Source: a virus. From it: DNA of 64,000 bases. Below, one piece after another: positions 19,440 through 29,885 of this stretch. Below the pieces are notes generated by a model. The model did not search any database, had not been told where the DNA came from, and saw nothing but the letters and a program-made list of their open reading frames with translations. Each line of letters begins with the position of its first letter. Positions within the stretch are counted from its first letter, which is position 1. The stretch lies in the IMG/VR virus record IMGVR_UViG_3300005289_000004, positions 11,641 through 75,640 of that record; one strand, given 5' to 3'. Both the position numbers and the translations under genes were made by a program.

Positions 19440-20795
19440 TTACGGAGCGATCTTAGCGATTTTGTAACCGTGGATGTTATAAGTTTCCAAACCTTTGTAA
19501 GATATGATTGATACTTGACCGTTAGCTTTAGTGTTTTTGTCAAACATTCCACCATCAGTAAGTACTTTGTTAATCCAACCTTCGTTAGGTCTAGTCATGT
19601 AACGGATACGGAACATTGGAAGGTTTCCTTGGAAGTCATCTCCGTTGATGAACACGTCACCTTGTGGGATAAATACTGCCATACCTTTCAAGTAAGAAGC
19701 TGTTGCGTCTGAACCGTGAGTCCTAGCTGTGTTGAACAAAGCGTAGTTTTTAAATCCTAACTCCATTCCGTAGATTTTGAAATCGCTGAAATCAAAGTTA
19801 ACCCTTAAATCTTCCTGACCAGTAGTGTTGATAACTACAGTACGGCTACCAGAAGTCAACTTAGTATCCAACCAGTCCTCAGTCTCATACCAGAACTCAT
19901 TCTCCACAAGAACATCGTATTTCTTAGTGTAACCGTCAGCATCAGCAGAACGTGCCATAGCTTTCCAGAATGCGTCTCCGATTGTAACTGATTGTCCTAA
20001 GTCTTCACCCCACTCACGGATTTGTTCTACCAGACCCATTGAGTTAGAGTTACGTGTACCCGGAGCAGCAGTACCTAAGTTTGTTCTTGCCCTACCTAGC
20101 ATCAACTGATCTTCTGTTGAATAAAGGTGACGGTCGTTCATATCGGTTTTATCCAAATCATAATACGTCTGTCCTTCATACTCCAACTCTTCCAACATAG
20201 CAAGATCGGTGTAGTTCTTATCAGTTCTGATGATTGATAGCTCTCTACGTCTCTTAGCCCAAGTTTTGTACATTCCGTCTTGTTGATCGCTAGCTTCCTC
20301 AGCTGATTGACGACCTTTCCATAAGAATACAGAAGAAGTAGTAATAGCAGCAGACTCAGTTGAATCAGTTGGCCTTAGCGTGATTGTGTGTGCGCCAGCA
20401 GATGTTTTATTTACTGCAACACCTACGTACTCGATACCAGTAGTATCATCTACAAAGAAGTGCCCAACAACAGCAGGAGACAAGCTAGTAGCACCAGCTA
20501 CGTGAGAGTCAGCAGTAAGTGTAACTGTTACGTTAGCACCAGCAGCGCCCGAAGCAGCACCTGTTACTTTAAAATTCTCAAACGGTTTAGAGTCCTGAAC
20601 CCACTGGTCAAAAAATGTGTTACCTGTACGCTCAATCTTCCCTGCGGCTTCCTGAGATACGATATAATAGTCTTTAAATAATCCGGGATACTTATCAATG
20701 TAAGCCCCCAAATTGTCTGGTTTAAGTAATCCAAGTGTGCTGATTACACCTTGTGATAACATCGGATGTGCAAATCCATTCGGTCTTGATGCCAT
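19440..20795 (-). CDS. Major capsid protein
   Basis: 451 aa, after portal and scaffold, followed by a terminator; size and position as in crAss-like modules. Confidence 0.8.
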   Translation of the reverse strand: MASRPNGFAHPMLSQGVISTLGLLKPDNLGAYIDKYPGLFKDYYIVSQEAAGKIERTGNTFFDQWVQDSKPFENFKVTGAASGAAGANVTVTLTADSHVAGATSLSPAVVGHFFVDDTTGIEYVGVAVNKTSAGAHTITLRPTDSTESAAITTSSVFLWKGRQSAEEASDQQDGMYKTWAKRRRELSIIRTDKNYTDLAMLEELEYEGQTYYDLDKTDMNDRHLYSTEDQLMLGRARTNLGTAAPGTRNSNSMGLVEQIREWGEDLGQSVTIGDAFWKAMARSADADGYTKKYDVLVENEFWYETEDWLDTKLTSGSRTVVINTTGQEDLRVNFDFSDFKIYGMELGFKNYALFNTARTHGSDATASYLKGMAVFIPQGDVFINGDDFQGNLPMFRIRYMTRPNEGWINKVLTDGGMFDKNTKANGQVSIISYKGLETYNIHGYKIAKIAP

Positions 20796-20815
20796 AATTC
20801 TTTAAGTTTTGTTTT

Positions 20816-21895
20816 TTAACGTTTTAACATGAAATTTTCAAAGTCATTATCTGACGAGTGGGCTGATGGAGTGTGATTCCTAGCTTCCTCTGAATAGTTA
20901 ACAACTTTATTTTTAATCAAATCCTCCCTTGCTTTCGCAGCCGCTTCTTTCGCAATAGTCTTGTATATCTTTTTTCTCAGTAACTCTTCGGATTTTTCTT
21001 GTACAAACCTCTGTACGTCTACTCCTGTTGTGTTACCCTCTCCATCCTTAATGAAGTATTTCTCATCACTAGGTTGGCTAATATAGTCTGACAACTGTCC
21101 AAGAACCTCTGTTTTCTCTTGCTCGGAAAGTTTGTAGTTAACGTTTAAAACAACCTCGTTTTCGCCATCAACGTACTTAACCTCTTCCTTAATTGAATCT
21201 ACAGATGTAAATGCCTCTTTAAGTTGGGGAATCCATTGTTCTTCTTTTTGTTTTTGAGCTTGCTCTGTTAACTGTTGGGTATACTGTTGTAGTATTTCCT
21301 CTGGTTTAGCTTGCTCTTGTGAGCCTTCATCTTCAAACTGATATTCAAACTTCGGTAATTCTAGGTCTGTATACTGAGAAGACAAATAACTCACTGCTTC
21401 CTTACCGTCTTTTTTAAGTGATCGGATAGATGCGTCAATTTTCTTGTTGTGTAGCTTGGCTTCTTTAATTTCATCATCGGTCATACTGTCCTGATCGATT
21501 TCTATCTTTTGAAGTCCCACTGCATATTTATCTTGTAGCTCTGCTTCTACATCAGATGAGTCCCATTCAGGATTATCTTTTTGTAGCTTAATTCGCAAAG
21601 CATCTTCGTTACTCAAAGAACTGTAGTCTTTTCCTTTTTCGGTTAGGACTTTTAATACTGTATCCTGATTAGTCTTTAGAAATTCGTAAATGTCAATCTC
21701 TACTTTCTTAGGTTCAGGTGTAGTTACAGGTTCAGGTTCAACAACTGGTTCTGCAACTGGTTCTGCAACTGGTACTACGGGTTCAGGCACTATCGGCTCT
21801 TCTGGCGTAATAGCTGGTTCAGGTGCAATTACAGGTTCTTCTTTACCTGCCATCTTATCCAATTCACTCATTCTAAAATCTTGTACTTCACTCAT
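20816..21895 (-). CDS. Putative scaffold protein
   Basis: Acidic, P/E/V-rich N-terminus, helical, between portal and MCP. Confidence 0.65.
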   Translation of the reverse strand: MSEVQDFRMSELDKMAGKEEPVIAPEPAITPEEPIVPEPVVPVAEPVAEPVVEPEPVTTPEPKKVEIDIYEFLKTNQDTVLKVLTEKGKDYSSLSNEDALRIKLQKDNPEWDSSDVEAELQDKYAVGLQKIEIDQDSMTDDEIKEAKLHNKKIDASIRSLKKDGKEAVSYLSSQYTDLELPKFEYQFEDEGSQEQAKPEEILQQYTQQLTEQAQKQKEEQWIPQLKEAFTSVDSIKEEVKYVDGENEVVLNVNYKLSEQEKTEVLGQLSDYISQPSDEKYFIKDGEGNTTGVDVQRFVQEKSEELLRKKIYKTIAKEAAAKAREDLIKNKVVNYSEEARNHTPSAHSSDNDFENFMLKR

Positions 21896-21957
21896 ATAAT
21901 TTCTTCTTTTCTTCCGTTTACAAAGCTACAACGCTTGTTTGGCATTTTTTACGTATG

Positions 21958-24402
21958 CTAAGCGAGTCCGTTTTGTTGGGCTATACTTAGTGCCTCCTCC
22001 TCGGTCATCTCTCCACTATCTACTGCTGCCTGTAACTCTTGTCCCATTTGTTGTTGAGCTTGTTGCTGTTCTAACTGCTGTTGTTCTTGTTCTGCTTGCT
22101 GAGAACTGCTACTTGTCTTGACTGCTGCATTTTGAAGTGCCAGTGAAACTAACGGCTCGTACATTGGTGGAATTGGCGTGCCTGTTTTAAATGATTCGGT
22201 TATCATGTCCATAGCTCCTTTTAACAATACCTGTATTTGGTCGTTATCTCCTTTGGCTTTTTCTTTCGCTTGTTCGTACTGTAGTTGGAGTTGAATGTTC
22301 TGTCCTCTGGCTTGTTCAGTTGCTTGGGCTGCTTGTGCGTTATATTCAGCAGCACTTCTCTGGGCTACGTCTGCATCTGCTACACGTTCTTTACGTCTTT
22401 TCTCAGTCAGGTAACTAAGCATTCTTTCAGCTAGCGCATATCCTGCATCCATTGTACGTCTTATACGCATTACGTCTTCCATGTATAGAGTTCCTGATGC
22501 TAAGGCTCTTTCTATGTTCTGTTCAAGATAAGCCCTTTCATCTGAACTGATGCCTAACTCATATTTAAAATCGTAAATAGACTGTACTACTTCATCTTTA
22601 GCTTGGATAAGTTTAGCATTCTTTTCTCCTAGCAGTTTTAAGTACCCTTTATTTGGATTACCGTATTTTAAAGCATCCCATATTCTAATACCCATTTGTC
22701 GGGTTAGCTTGGTTGTTGCTTTAACGTAAGCCATGTAATTAGACACCGTTGCTGTATTTGATGCTTGTGCTTGTGACTGAGCGAACTTAAAACCAATTCT
22801 GGCTGCTGATGCTGAACCATCCCTAAACTCATTAATACCTAAAGTCTCCCTTACATTTTGTTGGGCTAGGTTATAAGCTACAATAAATCCGTTTATACTT
22901 GCACCGATGTCAACTGCTTCATTAACTACAGGGGGTTTGTAATCTATGTTACCTTCTTCATCTTTACTGTTGTAATAAAGATCACCTGTTTGTCTTCGGA
23001 TGGTTAGCACTTCTATCGGTTCTATCTCTCCATCTCCCAAGTCAATGTTCATCAAAGAGCGTATGTCAATAGAAAGTCCCGGAGGCGGTGTCTTGGCAAT
23101 TACCTGTTTTATCTTTAACCAGTTCAAATCCATGATCTGAAAGTAATCCTTGACGTTCTCTATAGGACTAGGACTTAGCATACCTCCATGATTATCTACC
23201 ATGTGGAATATGAAAGGACAGATCAACTCTTGCTTGTAATTACCATCTCTTAACTGGTTAGTTTGTTCAGCCCATTCAAGACAATAACAACCGCCACCCA
23301 AGAAATAACCTTCGTATGCTGTAAGTGGATAAACTCTTCCTGTATTCTTTCTGCCATCTGAGGATTTTCCTGTTGGGGTTAGCTTATCTGATACGTCAAA
23401 CACTGATCTACCATATCTATCTTTACCCTCTGTGTATTCTAACACTTGGTTACAAGACCACCAGACGTGCAATACCTCAACCATGAAGTTATCATACGGT
23501 CTTACGTCCCTAAACCGATAATCTTCTGTCCATCTTGGAAGTGAAGCGTTACCAAACCTACCTGCAAACTTTTTAAGATAACCATGTAGTTCTTTCTCGT
23601 CTAATCCTTTAAGTGCAAACCTAGCTCTAAGTTTAGCTAGTGGCATTCTTATTAACCGTCCTGCATAACCGCCCTCTGGTATCTCACTGAAATCATCTGT
23701 AAAACAGTTTGAATAAATACAGTCTTCTCCTTGGATGTAGTCTACAACTTCCCGACCGTTATTGTCTATGTATTCGTAAAGACCAAACAGATTGACTTGA
23801 AACTGATCGGTTAGGATTCTACGTTTAAGTTTTTCAATGTCTATGTCGTTAAAAGCAAAGGTTAAGGTTTCCTGTAGAAGTAACTCTTCTTTCTCTTTGT
23901 CGTTAATATCGTAGTACAGTTCTAAATCTTCCTTAGATTCTGGGGTATATTCTGATGGGTCTGTAAGAGGAACACCTGCTTCTTGTGATAGTTCACCTAA
24001 CACCCCGCCGTACTCCATCCTAAATTGAGCGTCTGATTTACGTTTTTCTTTTCGTTCTTGTATGTGTGCTGATAATGCAGTTACTCTTGGGAACTCCTGT
24101 CTTGATTCCATGTAGCCGTCTACTACAATCTTTTCAAATTTCTTAGCGTATGCTCCCGGTTTAATCGATATATTTGTATAGGTTGACTTACCATCAATTT
24201 CCACCATATCCAAGATAGGCTTCATATCCTGCTTTCCCTCAGCGTAAGCCCTGTTGCTTGAAAATATCTTATTACGCTTTTCCCGGTAATCGTATGTGGA
24301 TGCTAATATTGCCTTTGCTACAGAAGTACCAAATGCTTTGGTATCTTTATCTACCTTTGCCGACAATGGATTAGGAAAGTTGTCATTTATAATTAACTGC
24401 AT
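21958..24402 (-). CDS. Portal protein
   Basis: 814 aa directly after terminase; LGINEFRDG and Q-rich coiled-coil tail typical of podovirus portals. Confidence 0.8.
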   Translation of the reverse strand: MQLIINDNFPNPLSAKVDKDTKAFGTSVAKAILASTYDYREKRNKIFSSNRAYAEGKQDMKPILDMVEIDGKSTYTNISIKPGAYAKKFEKIVVDGYMESRQEFPRVTALSAHIQERKEKRKSDAQFRMEYGGVLGELSQEAGVPLTDPSEYTPESKEDLELYYDINDKEKEELLLQETLTFAFNDIDIEKLKRRILTDQFQVNLFGLYEYIDNNGREVVDYIQGEDCIYSNCFTDDFSEIPEGGYAGRLIRMPLAKLRARFALKGLDEKELHGYLKKFAGRFGNASLPRWTEDYRFRDVRPYDNFMVEVLHVWWSCNQVLEYTEGKDRYGRSVFDVSDKLTPTGKSSDGRKNTGRVYPLTAYEGYFLGGGCYCLEWAEQTNQLRDGNYKQELICPFIFHMVDNHGGMLSPSPIENVKDYFQIMDLNWLKIKQVIAKTPPPGLSIDIRSLMNIDLGDGEIEPIEVLTIRRQTGDLYYNSKDEEGNIDYKPPVVNEAVDIGASINGFIVAYNLAQQNVRETLGINEFRDGSASAARIGFKFAQSQAQASNTATVSNYMAYVKATTKLTRQMGIRIWDALKYGNPNKGYLKLLGEKNAKLIQAKDEVVQSIYDFKYELGISSDERAYLEQNIERALASGTLYMEDVMRIRRTMDAGYALAERMLSYLTEKRRKERVADADVAQRSAAEYNAQAAQATEQARGQNIQLQLQYEQAKEKAKGDNDQIQVLLKGAMDMITESFKTGTPIPPMYEPLVSLALQNAAVKTSSSSQQAEQEQQQLEQQQAQQQMGQELQAAVDSGEMTEEEALSIAQQNGLA

Positions 24403-24473
24403 GTTATCGATTTATGTTTGCAAAATTAGTTTAAATACTTGTGGTGTTTTGCTTAGGCTGAGAACTGTTACTT

Positions 24474-26528
24474 TTAGCGATAAGTTGTTATACGACCATG
24501 TTTGACAAATTTCTTTCCTTTTGGCTTATCTTTGACTTGTTTTAGGGGTTCTTTGATTGTTATGAGAGAATTTCCGTCACTTATGGCGGTATCATAATCG
24601 GTTCGGTCATTTACATCGAAGTCTAAACGGTCTTTAATTAGGCGTTTAAAGAATATTTTTTCCACATCATTGTAAGAACTCTCTACCATTTCTGTAAGAT
24701 GTTCTTCTATGTACTCTTTGTTTTGTGGGGCTGCACCATACACCCAAGTCCCATCTGATCTTTGAGTTCCAAGTAAAAACTGTTCGTACCCATTTTCCTT
24801 AGCCCAATCAACCCAGTCAGTTGGCGAACGTTCTCCGAGCATTCTAACACCGTAAAACTTTAACCCCCAGTAGGTTTGCTTATGAAAATCTGGCTTATTA
24901 TCCATACGACCAAGAAACATAGCTACAGGGCATCCGCTTTTTTCAGGGTCAATAATAGTGTACCTTCTTCTTATCATTATTGAGGCATCACTGCCCTTTT
25001 CTACAGTAGCATCGCTGTGTGCTATAGCATCAAGACCAGCACCGCCATAAGCAGTTCCTGTAGGTTTATACTTAGGTTTACCACCAATCTCACTTTTTTC
25101 AAACTGGTTAGGTTTATCGGGGAATTGTAGTATGTACCACAACCCTTTGGGGTCGTCTTCAAAAAATACAGTGCCATCAAACTTCTCCCTAAACCAACCT
25201 CTTCTTCCAAGTTCATCTTTTTCAGGGTCTTTACCTTCGGCTACCAATTGATCTTTTATAACTTGTAATTGTGCTTCATGCCTTTTCCTGTCGAAGTGTA
25301 TCTTCTTATTGGCACTCTCAAATACTTCTTTATCGTTCCAAGGATTCTGTCTTATCTCCTCTTCTAAGGCTTCAAGATCATTCTCCAATGCCTTTCTTGT
25401 ATTAGCTTGATACTGTTTAGCACCTATAGTTGGGTCGAGGCAACCAATGGTTTCAAGATATTTTGTCTGTTCAGGTGTTGGTGTGTCCCACACAGATTCC
25501 CCAAATGCGCCAATCCAACCGTCATACCCGAAATAAGCGGGCAACATTATACGATAAAGTCCTGTTTTTGTTTCCCCTAAGTAGTTAGCTTTAGATTGAT
25601 CGCTTGACTGCCACGTAATTTGATACTCAGCTCCACCAGATTTTTTATCATTCACAGTGGTAGGCATAAATATCTTTCCAGTTATTCTAGCCCCTTTCTT
25701 GACGCACTTTGCAGCAATTGATAAGTATTTGTTGATCGGAGTTTCAGTTGGGAACTTACCCCCTTCATCGATAAGTAAGTAAGCAAGAGCATATCCATCA
25801 TAAGAGTTAAGGTCTGTATTTTCCCAAGATAGTTCATTATTAAGACCCTCCCCTTTAGTGGCAGACTTTTTTGTTTTAGTTATTCTGTCTGCTTGCTTCT
25901 TTAAAGAGAGAACCTGTTTTGGTGCAGTGTTACCCTCTTGTATGGGTTTTAAAAACTCCGGTAAATTTCCCAAAGCCTTAACAGCATATTGAAAAGCCTT
26001 ACCAGCATCCTTTCCCTTTTTAGATACAATACCTAAGTTAGCGTTTCTTAGGGTTAGCATCTTTAATAGTAAGGCAGACATAATCATTGAGGTAGCCCCC
26101 AACCTACGGGCTTTTAGTAACGTATGCCCCAGACAAGTCTTTGTATTATCACATATTTCTAAAAACCTGTAATAGTAAAGGGACGTGTCTCTATATTCTG
26201 GGTACACTCCTTCGGGTAATAAAAACCAGTTGAGGAAAAAGTAAAAATAGCTGTTTATGTAGGTTGGTTCTCCGTTTACATATAACCACATTCCTGAGTT
26301 TAGTCTCTCTACCTCTTCTACCAAATAATTTACTTGATCGGGATTATCATTTAACCTATCTTCCCAACCGCCTGACCAATCAAACTTCTCGTAATCAACT
26401 ACCCTTGACCATTTCTGTTTTGACTTAGGTATCCCATAGCCTCTAATATCTTTAAGAGGCGGTCTTTTAGGGAACTCGTATTTTAACCCTTCTACATAAT
26501 ATTCTCCATCTACCCAGATTCCTAACAT
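24474..26528 (-). CDS. terL: Terminase large subunit
   Basis: LKARRLGAT Walker A region, LLIDEGGK Walker B, C-terminal RNase H-like acidic residues (GLDA..SDAS..DTAISD). Confidence 0.9.
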   Translation of the reverse strand: MLGIWVDGEYYVEGLKYEFPKRPPLKDIRGYGIPKSKQKWSRVVDYEKFDWSGGWEDRLNDNPDQVNYLVEEVERLNSGMWLYVNGEPTYINSYFYFFLNWFLLPEGVYPEYRDTSLYYYRFLEICDNTKTCLGHTLLKARRLGATSMIMSALLLKMLTLRNANLGIVSKKGKDAGKAFQYAVKALGNLPEFLKPIQEGNTAPKQVLSLKKQADRITKTKKSATKGEGLNNELSWENTDLNSYDGYALAYLLIDEGGKFPTETPINKYLSIAAKCVKKGARITGKIFMPTTVNDKKSGGAEYQITWQSSDQSKANYLGETKTGLYRIMLPAYFGYDGWIGAFGESVWDTPTPEQTKYLETIGCLDPTIGAKQYQANTRKALENDLEALEEEIRQNPWNDKEVFESANKKIHFDRKRHEAQLQVIKDQLVAEGKDPEKDELGRRGWFREKFDGTVFFEDDPKGLWYILQFPDKPNQFEKSEIGGKPKYKPTGTAYGGAGLDAIAHSDATVEKGSDASIMIRRRYTIIDPEKSGCPVAMFLGRMDNKPDFHKQTYWGLKFYGVRMLGERSPTDWVDWAKENGYEQFLLGTQRSDGTWVYGAAPQNKEYIEEHLTEMVESSYNDVEKIFFKRLIKDRLDFDVNDRTDYDTAISDGNSLITIKEPLKQVKDKPKGKKFVKHGRITTYR

Positions 26529-26944
26529 TATATCTTACCCTCAAGTCTTTGCTTCTGTAACTGCTCAAACGGATTAGAGGTTGGGTCAATTTTTATTTGT
26601 GATTTTTTAGTTTCACCCTTTTTTGCAATATCAGGCCTGAGTGCCTCGGCCATATCCGATACTTTTTTAAATGAATCTATCTTCTCCACCAGCTTCATTA
26701 CACGGTCGAAGGTTTTATCTTGAGCATCGTTTGATAATATAGTCAACTTTTCTAACTCTCCGTTGGTAACATGATTAATATCGTCAGTTAGTTTTACAGA
26801 CAGCTCGTCAAGCGAAATCAATAGTTGTTTGATACTACTAGTTTCGAAATTTACGAGGTAGTTATGCAATTCATACAAGTAAAGGTTTATCTCTTCACTT
26901 TCAGACACTAGGTCTAATCTCAATTCAAATTTCTCTTCGTTCAT
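26528..26944 (-). CDS. Helical protein coupled to terL, possible terminase small subunit
   Basis: Stop overlaps terL start; likely start MNEEKF at 26944. Confidence 0.4.
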   Translation of the reverse strand: MNEEKFELRLDLVSESEEINLYLYELHNYLVNFETSSIKQLLISLDELSVKLTDDINHVTNGELEKLTILSNDAQDKTFDRVMKLVEKIDSFKKVSDMAEALRPDIAKKGETKKSQIKIDPTSNPFEQLQKQRLEGKI

Positions 26945-26949
26945 AATTT

Positions 26950-27762
26950 TTATATTCTTTTCCAAACATACCCCCAAGCCTTGAGTGGCTCTTTGTCTTT
27001 CCTAAATTTGTCTATAACATCATCTAAATAGCACACTCCATGTTTACCCTTACCAAAATATCTACATGCTTCTATTTTAGATGGGAAAGTTTTATACAGC
27101 TCACCTGTTAAATCGTAACATGCTATCTCTACACAATCTGGATGATTATTAAAAGTTTTTGCTTTCTGCTTTAATAGAATATCCTCCCGCTCTTTTTTCC
27201 AGTTGTGTGGTTCTCTGCTGAAAAATAAGTGTTTCCACCCTCTGGCTTCTCCCCTTAGAGTTCCGCTTACTCTGGCTTGGTTAGCGCCTAACATACGCCT
27301 AACTTCGCAAGCACTTTCAAACTCCCCCAAGATTTGATCTGTATTCATATCTATTGCATATATCAAACCTCGAAATTTATGGTTGTCTTTACCCCAATTA
27401 GCTGGCCCTCTCCTTCCACCTAAACATAAGTTATAGTTAAAATCTGCGTCTACCCACGCTTGATCTACCATATTTTCCTCCGCTAAGTAGGCTTCATCTT
27501 CGGTATCAAATAATTGTAGGTTTTCTCTTTTAAAATTTTTATAACCGTATTTAAGGACAGCATTTATAAAACAGGTTTTACCTTTTCTTTCTATAATTCT
27601 AACTTTTTCTCTTATAGCATCTGCGTCTGAGGTTACTCCATCTCCAATATACTTGTCGTGTAATTTGTTTGAAGCATGTACTCCTACGTAAATTTTTCCG
27701 TTGATTAAATTTGTCGTTTTATAAAGTATGTTATATTTCTTATCTTGTTTTGATGCCCCCAT
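26950..27762 (-). CDS. Free-standing GIY-YIG homing endonuclease (NUMOD1 repeats)
   Basis: ILYKTTNLINGKIYVGVH; YNLCLGG; C-terminal NUMOD1-like repeats. Confidence 0.88.
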   Translation of the reverse strand: MGASKQDKKYNILYKTTNLINGKIYVGVHASNKLHDKYIGDGVTSDADAIREKVRIIERKGKTCFINAVLKYGYKNFKRENLQLFDTEDEAYLAEENMVDQAWVDADFNYNLCLGGRRGPANWGKDNHKFRGLIYAIDMNTDQILGEFESACEVRRMLGANQARVSGTLRGEARGWKHLFFSREPHNWKKEREDILLKQKAKTFNNHPDCVEIACYDLTGELYKTFPSKIEACRYFGKGKHGVCYLDDVIDKFRKDKEPLKAWGYVWKRI

Positions 27763-27842
27763 ATAAATAAAAATGCACACTAGTGGTTTAAACTGTGTGC
27801 AAATATAATCAATAAAGGGGGTAGTATTTTACTAGGCTATCA

Positions 27843-28169
27843 CTACGCTTCTATAATCCCTAAAACGTTCTTCTCTTCAATCAGTATGTACTTCTCTCCG
27901 TTGTGTTCGATACGAGTTCCCCTGTTGTCAAATATTACAGTATCTCCTTCTACTACTTCTTCACAGTCTTTTCCTACTCTTAGTATGTCTAGTCGGTTTG
28001 TGGGGGTTAGCTTGTCTGTTTTAGCTACTAGGTTTTTTACCAGTTCGTGATCTTCATCACCTATCCCTAGGATAAGCCCTGATGCTGATTCTACAGGTTT
28101 TACTTCTTCAAATATCTGTTTAGCTAGTATCCTATTCTTAATAGGTCTGAAATTTACTCGTTGTTCCAT
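27843..28169 (-). CDS. GroES-like co-chaperonin
   Basis: FRPIKNRIL..SASGLIL..VG..V.EGDTVIF..GEKYILIEEKNVLGII. Confidence 0.8.
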   Translation of the reverse strand: MEQRVNFRPIKNRILAKQIFEEVKPVESASGLILGIGDEDHELVKNLVAKTDKLTPTNRLDILRVGKDCEEVVEGDTVIFDNRGTRIEHNGEKYILIEEKNVLGIIEA

Positions 28170-28178
28170 TTTATAGTT

Positions 28179-28862
28179 TTATGTTGTTTTATCAGTTACA
28201 GTAGAGTGGTCACGCTGGTGGATTAACAGTTCTTCTGCTCTCCAATCTTTACTGTCTACTACGGCTGCTATATCATCAAAGTAGTCGTCTGATTTAACGT
28301 AGTCTGTGCCGTTGAAGTTAAAGTGGTAATCACCTCCTTTTTCTAGGAAAATGTAATCCCCCGGTTTGTAGTCTGTACAACCTATCCATACTTTCAATAC
28401 CTTTGCTACATCTCTGCGGTAATCTTCTAAGTTGCCAGCTAAGTCTAAGAATGTACTGGTTAGCTTATCATATATAGGTTCGGATAGCACTATCCCTTCT
28501 CGTGGTATAAGTTCTTCTCCATCTACCTTAAACATTATCTCTGCGTTGTATACCTTGTAGTACTTAATACCGTCCTGTTCAAAGAAATGATTAGAAGTCT
28601 TGTTCTCTTTTTCAAATGCAAAGTGCTTACACAGTAACTGATCTCCTACATTAAAATCACAGTTACCTATTACCTGTACTACTGTTCCCACGTTAGGGTG
28701 AGCAGTTCTGTGGTTATTGTTGTACTTTTGTGGGGTGTATAAGGTTAGCTGACCATCTACAGTTTCTATCTGCTTAGATTCCTTCTGTTCAAGATCGCAC
28801 GTCATTATGTAGCATCCTGAAAAATTATAATCGTCTTTATCTAATTCTGCTTTAAACTGCAT
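28179..28862 (-). CDS. Tandem GroES-like domain protein
   Basis: Two repeats with G.V...VGD / KPGD signatures, adjacent to GroES. Confidence 0.5.
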   Translation of the reverse strand: MQFKAELDKDDYNFSGCYIMTCDLEQKESKQIETVDGQLTLYTPQKYNNNHRTAHPNVGTVVQVIGNCDFNVGDQLLCKHFAFEKENKTSNHFFEQDGIKYYKVYNAEIMFKVDGEELIPREGIVLSEPIYDKLTSTFLDLAGNLEDYRRDVAKVLKVWIGCTDYKPGDYIFLEKGGDYHFNFNGTDYVKSDDYFDDIAAVVDSKDWRAEELLIHQRDHSTVTDKTT

Positions 28863-29070
28863 CTAACCATCTAATTAAAAGTTGTGCGGGCATTTCGTCC
28901 TGAAAAGTGTCAGAGTTCCATTCTGAATCTGGTATAGAGAATTTTACGTCTGTTCCATCTGCTAGTGTCGTTCTGTACACATTGGTATTGTAAACAACAG
29001 AAGATACTATTCCACGTTTAGCTGTTGGTTTTTCTTTATAAAGAGCTTTCTTTATTTCTGTCTTGGTCAT
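28852..29070 (-). CDS. Hypothetical protein
   Basis: 72 aa, overlaps both neighbours. Confidence 0.6.
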   Translation of the reverse strand: MTKTEIKKALYKEKPTAKRGIVSSVVYNTNVYRTTLADGTDVKFSIPDSEWNSDTFQDEMPAQLLIRWLDAV

Positions 29071-29885
29071 TGTGTTAATATTGATTTTCCAAATGATAAT
29101 GCGTTCTTGTGATCTTTAATTAATTGTTTACCTTCCATGCTTACAAACCAGTACTTCTTAGCTCCTACAGCATTGTTAGACTGTAAGTATCCTTTTTCGG
29201 TTAGTTGAGTAAGTATGCTGTACGATGTAGTCAGTAAATCACTTTTTTTAATGCTACCCAGAACTTCCGCTTGCATAACTGTTGTAAACTGGTCAAAGGT
29301 AAGTCCTTTCTTTTTAAGAAACTTGTGTGTCCTTGTTAAATACTCTAGGTTGTTAAGAGTCTTCTCGTCCACCCCACCATCTGCTATTTTCTGTAACCTC
29401 TGTGCCTCTCTACTCAATTTCTCTTTTACAGTTCTGGTGTATCCTCTCTTCTTCTGACTCCTAACTTCCTGTAGTATATCATGTGACTTGTCCAATTCAC
29501 GATTAAGTTTAGCTATCTCCCTGTCTTTTGCTTTTGATTCCAGTTCCAGTTGCTCTACTTCTGAATCCAGTTTCTCTATGCGATCTTCCCTCCTGTAAAC
29601 TTTATCACGCATTAGTTCTTTCGCATGAATCTGTTTTTGTACTTTCTCTTTAGTTTTTATCAGTTTGTCTGTGACATCCTTGGCTTTGTAAAGTTCTAGT
29701 ACGTATTTAATCTTTTTAATTCTGACTAGCTGGTGTGTAATACAATTTCGCAAGTCTTCGATATACAGTTTAAGTTCTTTGCTACTCTTCCCCCTAACAT
29801 CCCACCTAGCGTAATTAGCATAGAACCCCCCGAAAGTTTTCTTCTTTGTCTTGTGAGTAGCTTTTACTCTTGGTTCTGTTTCCAT
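29067..29885 (-). CDS. Coiled-coil protein with C-terminal winged-helix-like domain, candidate regulator
   Basis: Long coiled coil; C-terminal LTQLTEKGYL..KYWFVSMEGKQL is wHTH-like. Confidence 0.5.
   Translation of the reverse strand: METEPRVKATHKTKKKTFGGFYANYARWDVRGKSSKELKLYIEDLRNCITHQLVRIKKIKYVLELYKAKDVTDKLIKTKEKVQKQIHAKELMRDKVYRREDRIEKLDSEVEQLELESKAKDREIAKLNRELDKSHDILQEVRSQKKRGYTRTVKEKLSREAQRLQKIADGGVDEKTLNNLEYLTRTHKFLKKKGLTFDQFTTVMQAEVLGSIKKSDLLTTSYSILTQLTEKGYLQSNNAVGAKKYWFVSMEGKQLIKDHKNALSFGKSILTQ

Noticed and set aside
21715-21840. Short repeats GGTTC(A/T)G
   Set aside because: They simply encode the Pro/Glu/Val-rich linker of the scaffold protein
1158-24505. Many plus-strand ORFs inside late genes
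   Set aside because: Antisense shadows of long minus-strand genes, Ser/Leu-rich, without initiation signals
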